DNA from: Amphiscolops sp. MND2022
Taxonomy: Eukaryota
NCBI GenBank assembly: GCA_964187785.1
Contig: OZ076409.1
Span: 93,002,001-93,066,000 of the forward strand
DNA length: 64,000 nt
Direction: 5' to 3'
The notes beneath the pieces are model-generated. The model saw nothing but the letters and a program-made list of their open reading frames with translations. It searched no databases and had not been told where the DNA came from. Both the position numbers and the translations under genes were made by a program. This document shows positions 36,852 to 49,869 of this stretch, piece by piece (position 1 is the stretch's first letter; every line of letters begins with the position of its first letter).

Positions 36852-39800
36852 TTAGTATCTGAAGTCTTCTGAGTAGTTCGGATTAGGGTTAGGCCTGAGA
36901 TTATATTTCCCTCCTCTAGGGCTCAGACTTTCATTTCTAGCATCGTTTTCAGATATTTCGGGCACGATAATATCATTCCCCTTTTTTGGAGAGTTTTGTG
37001 CATCGTTTTCATTCATTAAGTTTCTTTCTGAAAAAGTTTCATCATTTTCCGGTCCATTTGCCGTACTCGGCAAAGACTTTTCTTGGTTTTTTGGGGAAAC
37101 GGCCGGATTCGGCCAATCAGATTTGGTATTTTCTGTCACTGCAGTAGCTTTATTTCTCTCAGTGACGTCATCATCCAAGCGTTCATTCCGGCTGTGTGTC
37201 GCGTTGTCGTTGTTTAATTCTTCTCGCGTGATTATGTAATCCGTTTCATTCTCGGTTACGTCACTTGTATTCGTTTCTGCCGTATTCGGTCGTTCGCCGT
37301 TCGGCAAGCTAGTCGGAATAGGTTCGTTGCCTCGTGTAACTAGCTGTTCGCCAAAATCTGTTTCCCACGTTATGACGTATAAGTCGTCTTGCGGAATGAC
37401 AATTTCTTCATCTGGCTGCAGACGTTGTTCCCGGAAATTGTCCTCAAGCGGTTGATTGGGAATGAATCTTTTAAGGCGAATGCGATGCAGAATTTGAGTT
37501 TTGTTCGTATTGATCCTTCGTACTATGTAGTTTTCATTTGGCAAAACCTTTTGGACTACAAATGGTCCAACCCAACGGTAATCGCGGAATGGAATTTTTG
37601 ATCCTTGATGATCCGCTTTCGGCTGTAAGACGAAACAGTAATCATTCTCCTTCATTGGAGCAGCTTTTGCTTTGCGGTCGTAATATTCTTTGTACTTGAT
37701 GTACGACTGCATAATGTTCTGTTTCGTTTTATCAATTAGGATTTTTGTCCGGTTTTGGATTTCTTCAGCAAATTCGGTTGTGGGGTTAATCTGCTCATTT
37801 GGATTATTTCCAAGTTTGTGATCCAAGATATTAAATGGAATTCTTCCATGGAATACTCTCGTCGGTTCACAACCGATGCTGGCGTGATAGCTAGTATTAT
37901 GATTCAGTACTGCTAATGGCAAGTATTTGTGCCATTGTCGGCGATATTCTCCACATGCCATTTTGAGATTTGTTTTCAATGAGGCATGAGTTCGCTCCAA
38001 TTTCCCAATTGTCTGCGGGTGCTTCGTCGTGGCGCATTTGAGTGTAATGCCCAAAATCTGCGTAATTTCCGCGATAATTGTAGAAGTAAATGCAGTACCC
38101 TTATCAGTAATAAGAGTCGTTGGCAAATATGCATGTTTGGTCATTATGTCAATGAGCGCTTTTGCCACATTGATCGCTGATGCGTCTGTAAGGGGATAAG
38201 CGAATAAATATCTGGAGAAAACGTCAATTGCCGTTAGGACATTTTCATACCCTCCACTTGGGGGAAGATTCGGCAATAGATCAATCTGCATGGCGTCTTC
38301 AGGTCCAAGGTCCCATTCGGGCAAGTTGAGCAGCTCAGGTGTGATCGTTGCATTAGGGACTCTCTTGTTTCTGGCACATTGTTCACACCCTTCTACCCAC
38401 TTTTTGACGTGTTTAGCCATGCTAGGGTAGTAATACCTTTGTCTGATTTCCTGCAACATTTTTGAAATTCCGGGATGTTTATGCGCTGTCCCGTGAAGGG
38501 AGTGGAGCAATTCCCGAAGTAGGTGTTGCGGGAGCAAAATTTGATGGTATTTAACATTCCCTGTTTCATCAAAATATTGCCTCGTCAGGATTTCGTCCTT
38601 GAGTACGATTCGTTCCAGATTATTTGCATAGTGTCTATATCGAGTATCCTGTTGCAGTATGTTTTCTGAATAGTCTTCATGAAGGAGTTTTGCCTTCAAT
38701 TGTTGTAATACTGTATCTTTGGATTGCTCAATAATGATCTGGTTCGTTTTCCTCAATCGGACTTGTATATCGGGGTGTTGCTTGACCAGATTTGTTGACA
38801 GAGTTTGTATAGTAACAGTGGGCTCATCAGTTGCTGGATTTTTCCTGATTGCTTCTTTTCTTGCCCAATACTGTTCCTCCGTCTCATCGTCGTCATTGGT
38901 GTAGAAGATTTGTTCTTCTTGTGACACCCCTGCGGATTGGACATTGATTTCGATTGGTAGTGTTTGTACATCTTCACGAATTTTCATTACTAATTTGTCC
39001 TTTGGATCTGCTTCCAATCGGGACAAGTAGTCGGCGGCTGTATTTTGTGCCCCTGGGATGTGTGCTATGACAAAATTGAACTGAATGACATAATCACACG
39101 CGTTCCACAGGGCTGGGGGTATTATTTTTGTTTGGAAAAATATCGTGACAGCTTTGTTGTCGGTAAGGATGATGACTGGTTTCGGCGCACCCCAGAATAT
39201 ATGTCCAAATTCTTTAAATGCAAAATAAATTGCAAGGAATTCCTTTGCATAAATTGACATCTTTATCTGTGCTGGGGTGAAAGTTTTCGATCCGTATGCG
39301 ACTGGAGCATACGATTTCCTGAGTGATGTGAATTTCTGGTTCGGGTCATCTTCAATTAAGACCGCGTATCCGGCTGCACCAAAACTTGCGTCAGTCATTA
39401 GTGCTATTTGCTTGTTCGGAATGGGTTGCTGTAAGGCTAAGTCGCAACATTTGTCTAGCGCTCTATTGATTTCTTCGAATTGTTGGACTAATTCTTTCGA
39501 TACTAGGACCTTTTCGTCACTTTTGAGCATCTTGTAGAATGGGGCAAGGCGTTCGGAGAGTCTTGGGACATAATTCCTGTAGTAGTTCAGGAATCCCAAG
39601 TAGCGCTGCAAAGCCTTTTTTGACTTTGGGAATTTGGTCTTTTCCAGAAAGTTTTGCACGTTCTGTTTCTGGGGTTTGACGCCTTGCGGGGTAATAGTCC
39701 GTCCGAGAAAATCAATTTCTTTTGCACCGAAGTGACATTTGTGCATTGTCAACTTAAGGCCTGCTTCCTGAATGCATTTGAATGTTGCTCTCAGGTTCGT

Positions 39801-42052
39801 CATGAGGTGGTCGACATCATTGGCTGCGATGCCGATATCGTCGACATACTGGGCACACTGATCCGCTTTAATGACTTTGTCAAGGTATTCCCTCATGAAA
39901 CTCGAGAATGCGGATAGTGACCGACTAAGGCCTTGTGCTAAGCGTCTGTAAGCGAATGTGCGACTGGCAAAATTGAAAGCCAGCATTTCGATTGAACGTT
40001 GGTCAGCCATTGGTAGGCAGTGGTATGCCTGCGAACAGTCTAATTTACAGAACAGTTTTTTGCCTGCCAAGTGTTGGGCGGCATCAACCAGGGTGCTAAC
40101 AGGGTGATTATTGTTTATATAATCATCCGAGATGAGGTTGTTGATTTTTCTCAAGTCAACCAAGAGTCGTAGCTTCCCATTTGGTTTCTTTTGGGCGAAT
40201 ATTGGGCTTGCATACTTTGAGAACGGCAGTGTAGTTATTATGCCATATTTGTGTAACATGGCTAATTCGACGAGGATGTCTTCCTTCAAATTGATAGGAG
40301 CTGGAAGGCTTTGACTATAGGCTGGGGAATCGTCCTTAGGTGTCAGTTTCACTTTGAATTCCTCGTTCATGCCTATATCAAATCGGTGTCGTGCAAAGAT
40401 ATCATGGAATTCCACTAACAATTCCTCAATTTTCTCCTTCTCTTCAGGAGTAAGGGTGGAATCTTTCCAGTCAAAGTTTTCTAAGAATTTTGCACGCGAT
40501 TCTGCGTCTGTGGTGGGGTCGAGTGTCTCCAGGTCTTGTAAGGCCTGTAATTCCTGGAGGATTCGTTTTTGTATCGGCGTATGTTCCTCAGAATTTCCAG
40601 GATTTTCTGGGGTTGGGAACCAGTAATTTTCGGAGTTTTGTGGATTTCTATTAGTTTTGATGAGACTGCTGACATAGTGGGCTGCCTGCTCTTGATCATT
40701 CTGTAAAAGATGCCAGGTCGATGCCGGGTCCACCGGTTTGACATATTTCATTTGTTCTGGCGTCATAACAGAGAAATTGGCAATATAGAGTCCCTTTTTG
40801 AGTTTATAGGGGTGGTCTGTGAAATTGTTCACTGGTATCAATATATTGCCGTCATTCAGAGTGACCAAAGCTGGGCAAAATGTGATGTCGCCTTCCTCAT
40901 GTAGAAGGTTGCTCGGTTGCAAAATTCCAGTGACAGCATTCTCAGGGTAGAGTAGGGAATTAGTCCGGATTAGGACTCTGTCATTTGGCGGAATGGTTAT
41001 TTCAGCAGGGTTGAGGATTGGTTCAAGTACGTTTGAGTACTTATGGTCTGCTGTTTTGAGCTGCATTGAAAAGAACGGGAAATTTAGTATTCCTTGTCTC
41101 ATGTCCAGAACTGTATGATTTCGTTGAAGGAACATTAGTCCAATGATCGGACCTGTCAGGTGTTCCATGACTATGAAAATCTCGTGAAACTCGATGTCAC
41201 CAACTTCAAATTTGAGCTCTATGGTACTCTTGGGAGTTTCCAATTGCCCATTAGCGACCATTATTTGGAAATTCGGAGGCGGGCCTTCCCGGATAACAGA
41301 TTGTGGAGATAAAAGTCGGATTTTCCGGAGGTCCATTTCAGGAATTGCACTGGACAGCGCTCCAGTGTCGATGAGTCCATCAATGGTCAATTCCCCAAAG
41401 TCCATTGGGAAATACAACATGCGTTTCTTGCATTTGAGATTGATGTTGGTTGACAAAGGTATACAGTCTGGTTCGCCGTCCCTTGTGATTAGGACATTTT
41501 GGAATTGTTTCTCATCTAGTAGTGATTGCTGTATGGGTTCAGTATTGTTATCATGGTTCTCGGTCCCCAATGGGTTTGGGAACACTGGGTGGTTCGTGCC
41601 ATCATTCATTTGCCAGTTTTCAATTAATGCTCTGGTCTTCTTATTGTGGGTGATGGGAGGATTCTCGTGGACTGATCGATTGTAATGTTCGATATCATCT
41701 AGAACGTACTGGAATTGCAGTAAATCTTGGTTGTAAATCTCGGTGTCCCAATAGGGATCTCTGCCGTAGTCTGGGTCGATGTACGTTGGATTGTAATTAT
41801 CTACCAGGGGAATGGGCCTGAACCGGGTAGTGAAGGTAGTGGTATAGTCAGGGTCCCAAACAGGAATTGGTTTTTGGAATAAATGAGTGATGTTATAGGT
41901 GATGGTGGTAGCCTTGTCCATCTGTTGCTGCCAGACAACAGAGGGATAGCCCATCAATTGCTGATTGTATTGGTGGAAAGTTTGCGTTGGAGGATCCGAC
42001 CTGATGTATTGGCGGACGGATATCAGTTCGTTGTATTGGAGTCGTGGCAAAG
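36852..42052 (-). CDS. pol: Pol polyprotein (protease, dUTPase-like spacer, RT, RNase H, integrase)
   Basis: LIDTGA; YVDD; TDAS...KEFLAI...TDNKA...ADYLSR; integrase His/Cys zinc motif, IDLL, TDKGTAF, GKLERTH; GPF module. 1732 aa without interruption. Confidence 0.98.
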
Positions 42053-43771
42053 TTAGTTTTTTGACTCATCATTAGAAGATGAGGATTGTGAGTTTGAAGA
42101 TGTTGACTTGTTTTGCGGTTTCTGCGCCTTTGAATTGGGTTTACCGTCATTAGCGTCATCTGATCTGGTGCGTTTGGGTTTGAGATGCGCACCAGCACCT
42201 TGCCAACATCTTTCTTCCGGGTGGTTCTTTTTACCACAAGTGCCACACTCCGGATACGTCTTTTTCTGAGTCTGTTTGCCTTGTTGGGCATCTTTTTCCT
42301 TTTTCTTTTTGAGTTTTTCGCAGTCCTTTACCATGTGGCCCTTTTCCTTGCAATAATTGCAGGTAATGTCTGACATTTGCCCAGTGGACAGAGGAGTTTT
42401 GGGCTTAGTCGATGAGGAGGTCATTGTTGCTATTGGTAGATCGTCTGACTCCTCGAGGGCGTTAAGCTCTAATTCTCTCTCCAAATGAGCAACTATCTCA
42501 TCGTATGAGCCATTTTCTAATCTGGCCATGTTAACAGACCGCTTTAGTTTCGGTGGCAGTTTTGCGTAAAGCAAACTGTCAATCATCTTTTGTGCTTGAT
42601 CCCCGAATGCTTTTTCTGCCCCTTGATTTAGTTCTTCAAGGAAATCTGGCAGTTTCATCGTGTTGGGATCAAAGACTAGACGGTGCCATTTATGTTTGGC
42701 AGTTGCCTGTGATTCGGGTTTGACGTATTTTCGTCTGAATATTATCAATACGTCTTCTAAAGTCTGTCTATTGCTCGAGCTGATGTTCCGGAAGGTTTGG
42801 AGAGCATTCTTCCTCAGCAGTGAGTGGAAGTGATTGATTTTCATCTGTTCCGTCATTTCCGGTTGCATCTTGATCATCGTGTGGAACAGGTCCTCAAACA
42901 GCTCGAATTTTTCACTCTTGCCATCAAAGGTCATTGTATTTGAATTGACTGGGCGTATAGTGAGTTGTTGGGCTGTCGGCCTATTCTGCATCGTTGTCAA
43001 GACATCTGCTAGTCGAGTAATAGGGTCAGTTTGAGTAGCCGGAGCATTTCTCTCTTGTGCTGGGATCGTCGTGTCAAGGTTAATATCCTCATAGGACCTG
43101 TCGAGATGGTTTCTGGATGAGACTCGTCCCGTGAGAAACTCATGAACTTCGATTGGAGATTCGTTTTCTCCTGTCACCATGTCGTAAGCACGAGAATTCG
43201 TGCTTGTGAATCCGTCTTTGGGACGGTCGTTACCTTGCTTACTCTTAGAATTGTTCTTAGGTTCTAAGTTTTGCAGCACTTCGGAATATCCTTCCGGTCT
43301 CTCGGCCGGAACGTTCCATCTCTCTTTGGTCAATTGTCCCGATCCGGCCATAACTGCATTTTGGATTTGAGGCAAAATTTGGGTACTAATGGCTTCATTT
43401 ATGGCTCTCTGGATCTGAACACTGACGCTATTCATCATTTCATCCATCTCTCGAGATATACGGGAATTTAACTCACTCGACAATCTATTGATCTCAACAC
43501 TTGAACACTCTCTGATTGAATTATGGCCTAATTCGGTATTCGGACTAGGTCCATTATTTTCCGGGTTTGGGAACTCATTCTCATTTTCTTCTTCAAACTC
43601 ATCTCCGAATAAGCTTTCTGGCCTACCGGTCCGATTACTATTCACACTTTCATTTCTCTCATTTCTATCAAAATGATTTCTTCCGAGCATAATATCCAAA
43701 TTCTCAATGTCTGATAGCATTTCTGCTTCTCTAGATTTCCTTGTTTTCTTCTGTTTTCTAGTAGTAGGCAT
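42053..43771 (-). CDS. gag: Gag (572 aa) with two CCHC zinc knuckles; starts inside the 5' LTR
   Basis: CNYCKEKGHMVKDC and CGTCGKKNHPEERC; capsid-like FDGKSEKFELFEDLF region. Confidence 0.95.
   Translation of the reverse strand: MPTTRKQKKTRKSREAEMLSDIENLDIMLGRNHFDRNERNESVNSNRTGRPESLFGDEFEEENENEFPNPENNGPSPNTELGHNSIRECSSVEINRLSSELNSRISREMDEMMNSVSVQIQRAINEAISTQILPQIQNAVMAGSGQLTKERWNVPAERPEGYSEVLQNLEPKNNSKSKQGNDRPKDGFTSTNSRAYDMVTGENESPIEVHEFLTGRVSSRNHLDRSYEDINLDTTIPAQERNAPATQTDPITRLADVLTTMQNRPTAQQLTIRPVNSNTMTFDGKSEKFELFEDLFHTMIKMQPEMTEQMKINHFHSLLRKNALQTFRNISSSNRQTLEDVLIIFRRKYVKPESQATAKHKWHRLVFDPNTMKLPDFLEELNQGAEKAFGDQAQKMIDSLLYAKLPPKLKRSVNMARLENGSYDEIVAHLERELELNALEESDDLPIATMTSSSTKPKTPLSTGQMSDITCNYCKEKGHMVKDCEKLKKKKEKDAQQGKQTQKKTYPECGTCGKKNHPEERCWQGAGAHLKPKRTRSDDANDGKPNSKAQKPQNKSTSSNSQSSSSNDESKN
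42056..42062 (-). promoter_or_regulatory. -1 ribosomal frameshift slippery site A AAA AAC
   Basis: TCA AAA AAC TAA ends gag; a -1 slip gives CTA ACT TTG CCA CGA (LTLPR), the pol frame. Confidence 0.85.
43168..43179 (-). promoter_or_regulatory. Primer binding site TGGTGACAGGAG
   Basis: Directly follows the 5' LTR end (...CGACA) and begins with TGG. Resembles a tRNA-Leu-type PBS (inference). Confidence 0.8.
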
Positions 43772-44923
43772 TTAGGAAGAAAGTCCGAGGTTAATATTGA
43801 ATTAGTTCGGAAAACTGGTAATATCAATGAACTGAACGTTGTGAAAAGAAAGCAACTTGTGTCCCCTCAGGAAGGGAGTATATATATATATATATACCTC
43901 CTGAGGCATGACACTCACATTTTTCACATATTATTGAAATGTTTACATGTTCTAAAGGGTCGTGAAGTTTTACAAGTATTGAAAAATAGCTATTGCATCA
44001 AAGTGATTCAGGAATTTAGGGTCGGAAAAATTCCTGAGGAATGCACTCAATTACATACTCATGATAGCTTCAAAGTACGGGGGACGGTTTAGTCCGCATT
44101 CCCGTAGCAGTTAACATCAAAGCAAATATACGTTCAGACACTTCAAAGTAATATTTGTGTCAACAGGTATGTGAGGTATCAAAAGCACGTGCCTGCACAC
44201 GCAAGCTAATTCATCAAGTAGCAACTCCAATTACATGCACTAATAAAAGGTGGATGTGGCCCAATTCGGCCATTTGACAAAGGATCCAGCCAATTAAAGC
44301 GACCGGTTTAGTCCACCGGACTATTATTTAGAGTTTATGACTGGTGGTCACAAATACATCAATTAGGTTTAAATAGGCCCATTAGCACCTTTCTAAGTAC
44401 AAATATAATCTTACATGACTTTAAATAACCTGCATACTCAAATTAAACAATTACGCAAGCTAATAGTTGGAATGGCCTAATCCGGCCATTTGCCTTTGGT
44501 CCGCTTACAAAATAAGGTATAGCGTCAAGTGGCCGTATACGGCCAAACAAATATGATAGTATAATGCACAGCAGGATAGAGCGTTCTGATTGGCTAATGA
44601 AATGAGCTCAAGTGACGTCTCCGGAATTAGAGTTTCGTTCACTTGAACTCGTTTCCTTTAAGCTTTACACTTGCCTTTACTATATTACGTTATTGCTAAG
44701 CAATTCATCATATAAGCATAATCATCACCGTTTGCATTCTAACACGAGTATTAATCAGACTAATATACAATCCGAATACATAATGAATATAATAAAACAA
44801 CAGTGAGTTTTACTAAAAGTTTTGAAAAATTCTCTTAAAATGTGGGCAAAGTACCTGGTACGGCTTCTTGCTCGTTAGTAGTCGTTGTGATCCGTGTCCC
44901 ATCGCAAGCGGCAGCCTGCGACA
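43180..44923 (-). repeat. 5' LTR (1744 bp)
   Basis: TGTCGCAGG...CTTACGACA on the minus strand, followed by the PBS and flanked by the TSD. Confidence 0.97.
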
Positions 44924-45990
44924 TTCACATTTCTACAAAAAAAACGGAAAGAAGGATTCATCTTGCTGGAAAAAAAACAGTACACTGAAGAATGATTTGG
45001 CTAAAGTGTTCGATTTCTTTGTATGTCGAGTGAAATGCGAAAACTAATTGACTTTTTTCATTCGAAGGTCCGAAGAAAGACTTTTTTTCCTTCCGGCCAT
45101 TTTTTAAACCAGTCGGAATAATGTTCACCCCACAAATGAAACCTGTCAACATCTCATCTGACCTTGCTGAAAGTGTGAAACAGAGTTTGACACATTTTTG
45201 AAAATAATATCTAAATATTTTCCGGGAAAATACAACAATGACGATTTTATAAGGCGGGAAAAAGGCGATCTCGATGCTTTCGCGGCGTTTCAATTTTTTC
45301 TTATTCTTGAATTTCGAATTCTTCCTTGGTACTAGACACTCAACCATTTTTACTGAAAGTAAAAGTCTCAACTTACGGATTCATTTAAAAATGCAACGTC
45401 CTAAATTGCAGCAAATTAGGAAAAAAACTAGGCTAGTATTCGGCAATTTCCTACCGTCGCAATTTTATATGCGATTAGGCAAAGGTTTTAGCTTTACTAA
45501 TCAACCGAAGGAAATATATTTCGAACATTCAAGCAGCTAGATTCTCACGGGAATTCAAGTTGGCACAAAATTTCCTTTCATTTTCCTGACTTTCCTGACA
45601 TTTCAAAGGATTGAGCAATCAGCCAATGAGAATACGAGTTTTAGAGCATTCACCTTTCGAAGAAGGTTCGCTTCCATTGGCTGACAAAATCTTTTTCGAT
45701 CTTTTTCTCTGATTCCGCCAAACCCGCAATTTTCATTATCATTTCAGACGCTGCACTTGTGAAAACAATTCAATCACTTTTATCATTTCATACGACTTTT
45801 TAACAGAATTTTTTTACCTAACTGAATTTTCGCAAACTCTCAACCGTTTGATTCAAATTTTCCATCACCACAAAATTTCTTGTTCATTCCACTGTTCCAT
45901 ATTTCATCATATTGATTTTTTGCTCTTTTCGTTCCTATTCCCAATCGTTCATAATTTCACAACCTTCCGTGTTTCGACATTACTCAAGTG

Positions 45991-46324
45991 ATGGAAATTC
46001 CCGATTTTCCGATACTTTCACAGCCTCAGTCCACTGTTTCGCCACAATTGTCCGCAATCGACCAAGAAATCTCGAAACCATCAAATGCTACAAACCAAAC
46101 GGAGCTTGAATTCGAATGCGGCTTTTCCTGTGTGGTCAAGTATTGGGCGCTGGAGATATATTTGATCATGGTCCTCATTGCGACATTAGTTGCAAACGCG
46201 GCCGCCATGATCAAACTGTACAAACAATACAAAGACAAGGCATCTACTTCGGGACATGACTCATACTTGGCTTGTTTTGTCGGCTTCAACCTCAGTTTCA
46301 TCAACTTCACTGTCGGACTTTTGG
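45991..46324 (+). CDS. First coding exon of a probable rhodopsin-like GPCR (N-terminus, TM1, TM2)
   Basis: N-glycosylation sequons NAT and NQT, TM1 ...LIATLVANAAAM, TM2 ...FNLSFINFTVGLL, strong donor G|GTAAGT at 46325, CCAAT boxes at ~45622 and ~45677. Downstream exons not identified. Confidence 0.6.
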
Positions 46325-49300
46325 GTAAGTTCATTTGTTTTTTTTGCCTGAAAATTCATCTGGAATAAAAAAAACTCGTTTGGAATAAATTTGCTGGATA
46401 TAAACTTGCTCGATTTTGTTAATCATTGCAAAATTTTGCTTCTAAAATGCACATTTTTAAAAAATTGCACCGTTTTTAGATTAAAATGCAGAAAAGTACG
46501 CCGTATTCGAGGGTATAAAAAATTAACAAACTCTCGGCATTTTGGAGTTAAAAAATAATTTAACAGTCAGTGTTGAAAGGTTGGAATAAAACTTTGCGGT
46601 CTGAGTTTCTTTTAACACTTCAAAAATTAGGGCTCGTTTTGGTCATAAGGTATATATACTTTCCGACTCCAGTTCTTGTAAATCGTGTTAATACTGAAAA
46701 ATATTGAAAAATGTACGGGAGCTTTCAAAGCAAAATTACAATGTATGCTATACATTCTGTTCAGCTTCAGCATTTTTAAGTCAAATTTCTTTAAACGTAC
46801 TGTGAATTTTTATGGACCTAGTCTGACGATATGTTAAATTAAACGGTCATAGTTTTAGTCATATCTGAAGAATAATTATTTTTACTCTAACAGGTCCAAA
46901 AATAATTATTTTTATTCATTTGAGTGTAAAAATAAAATATTTTATTTATTATAACTATTCTTACCCATAATTATTTGGTTCATGATGACCCACATGATTC
47001 ATATGTTCGCAATGCTGGGAATCCTTCCATGATCATGGAAAGATATAAATGATTCATGGATGGTCATGGATGATCATGGATGATCATGGATGAACAGCAA
47101 TGAAGCCATTGAAATACGTTACCTTATTTCGTAGCAATTTTTTTTGTTTTATACAATTATCGCGTTATGAATCTGATTCAACAAGTTAGCTCTCGAACAC
47201 TTTTTCCAAAATTTCTTAGGCTTTTTTGCTGTTATTTTGTCATTTTTGCTGGAAACACTTTTGGAAACAAAGTTCGTTTCATTCGAAAGCTTTTGATTGC
47301 AATCGAAAGCTTTAGAATGAAACGAGCTTTGTTTTCGTTGAAATGCGTTAGTTATCACAGACAAGCTTAAAGCGTCGATAGTTAACGAAGCAAGGTGAAC
47401 GCTTGTCTTTTCAACTAGGATAACACATTTTGATTGTTTTGTGGGGAAAACGAAATCGAAAGAAGTCAAACCGAATTCTTAGGTTTTTACGTTTTTGATG
47501 CAGTTTTAATAGTCCATACTATATCAAGTCAGAAACAAAGTTTGCTAGCGAAACTGCTTTCAATCACCAGTCATTGATTTCTGTTTATCAAAATGGACTT
47601 TGAGTTGACAGGTCCACCAGTCACACCACTTGTGAGGCTTCGAGGAAGAAAATAAAATCTTGCTCATCTTTGAAATAAAATGAAAAAAAAATCGGACAAA
47701 CGGTGCTGAAAGTTTGAAAAAACAGCACTTGATCAAAAACACTATAACTTTCATCCTTAACTTTTTGAATAATTTCTAGCCCAATGATCACGGCTGACGA
47801 AAGGTCATAGATTCCAAGTAGCAAACTGCGATGTTATCTGAAACGTAAAAATTGAAAATTTTTCGCGAACGACACTTACAAACAGAGGTCATACAGTAGC
47901 CACGTTTTTCGTTAACATATTTAATAAATAGGTCAAATCCTTTAGACATAAAGAATTCCTCCGTTTATGATATAATACCCCATCTTTTGTGTTGATAACA
48001 ATCGGCCTACCAATTGTAGGTGGATTCTTAACATCATCCGGGTTTTTCACCAAAAGACCTGAACCCGACACGGGTCTGAAAAGTTTTTCAAAATAAAGAA
48101 GCCTAGAAAAATCATATTATAAACCATACAGTTGGATACAAAAGATCTTCGAAGTCAACTGTGATTCGATGAAACGCATTTTTGGGTGAATATGTTCCCA
48201 ACAATTGACACCTCACAATTTGACACCCAAGGTGCCTTGAGGTTGAGCATGTCAAAATTTTAGATCTTATTCCTTTGATCCTATTCTTTAGATCTTAATC
48301 CCCCCTCCCATTTTAGGTACGGGTACGTATCCGCGAGCTCAACTCCGAAGAAATTTGAATGATTTTTTGTCGAAATGATTAAAAATCAAGTCCTAAATAT
48401 TTTTTTGTAAGAATTTTTATATGGAGGACGCAAAATTTGCAAAATTTTCTATGAACTTTGCAAAAAATGTGTTGCTATGTACAAATCTTGGAAAAGATGC
48501 GATTCCCGTACAAATTTCTTAGATTCCTGTAAGTTGTTGCAATAATGTTTTGAAACCCAGATCCTCGCAAAAAGTTCAACTTTCAACATTTTGAGCAAAA
48601 ATACTGACTCGATAAAAAAGGAAGCCTTTGGCTATCTACGGAAGTAGTAATTACTTTCATTAATCTAGTTCCGTTTTGTTATAAGTTTGATGTCATATCA
48701 GAACCAAACCAATTTTACAACGGAAATTGAATTGGGAATTGTGCTTCAAATTGGATAAAATAATTTGGAGACAAAATGAGTTTATGGTGCCATTTCGTAT
48801 TTTAGAGGAAGAAATTATCCTTCAAGAATCAAATCAAGAAGTTACTTCAAACTTTCCTTTGAACAAGCGCATAAATTTTTAGAGTGTGGATACGTATAAT
48901 GATTTTTTTGTTTTCAAACTTGGAAATCAAACAGACAATAATTAATTTTTCATGCTTCCTCGGCGACTGTTTTTCACAAGAAGTTTTCTCGAAGATTTTC
49001 TTCAATTTTTTAGTTTTGAAGGTTAAAATATGGGACAATTTACAAAAGCGACTGTTTTTTGGATTGTTCAAACGCTTACAAAGAGATGGAACTACTTTTA
49101 ACATCAGCAGATAATTATAAAATAAAACGCTCTAGCTTGAAATATGGACGGGAAAATATGGTTTCAATGGGAAGCATTTTGAAAACAATGGACCTTTCAA
49201 AGATTTTGAAAACGATTTCAAGTGAAACAAAACCATCATTTAGGGTTTTCGAGGGTTTTATCTTTTTTCAAGCCACTCATTCCTTTCGAAGCTGTAAATT

Positions 49301-49459
49301 GGTTTGTATTTATTTTTTATTTCAATGTGATTCTCGCAGCTTGACGAACAGACTAAAAGTGCGCTCTCAAAAGTTCTCGGATAATGGTAGGACAGATTGA
49401 AACATCCTCTTTTTTAGAACAAAAAACATTATTTTTGTACCAAGTGTAAGAAGACCTAA

Positions 49460-49856
49460 CGGGCGAATCTAGGACAACTCGTCGAAAACAACTCTCCAAA
49501 AAACAACTCGCCGAAAACAACTGGTTGAAAATCCTCCGGCGGAAAACTCGTCGCAAGTACAGAAAATCATCTCAGCCAAATAATATAGTCCCAAGTATGC
49601 GAACGTACTGTGTTATGAAGTTCTAAGTTATTATAAAGTATTATATTACTAAAAAAGATTTATTATGCGTAAAACTGAAAATTTCACCCATCAATTAACG
49701 AAAAATAATCCTTAAATAGCACTGGATAATCCGTGTGGGTAATCTGTAATTATTCGACGCGTTTTCACCCAATTATTGTTCGACGAGTTACTTTTCGACC
49801 AGTTTTCAGCCTTTTAAAATCGGCGAGTTGTTTGCGACAAGTTTTCCGCATACCCT
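49460..49856. mobile_element. Foldback/MITE-like element with arms built from AAAACAACTCG-type repeats
   Basis: Left ACAACTCGTCGAAAACAACTC mirrors right GAGTTGTTTGCGACAAGTTTT. CTAACGGGC occurs at both flanks. Confidence 0.5.
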
Positions 49857-49869
49857 AACGGGCATTGAT

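Larger units (their letters stand above)
28899..44923 (-). mobile_element. Full-length Ty3/Gypsy LTR retrotransposon, 16,025 bp, with a cargo cassette
   Basis: Two 1.74-kb direct repeats with TGTCG...CGACA termini, 5-bp TSD TTCAC (28894-28898 and 44924-44928), PBS, gag, and pol in PR-RT-RH-IN order. Confidence 0.98.

Noticed and set aside
37389..43676. Plus-strand ORFs overlapping gag and pol
   Set aside because: Antisense shadows of the long coding frames, with no motifs.
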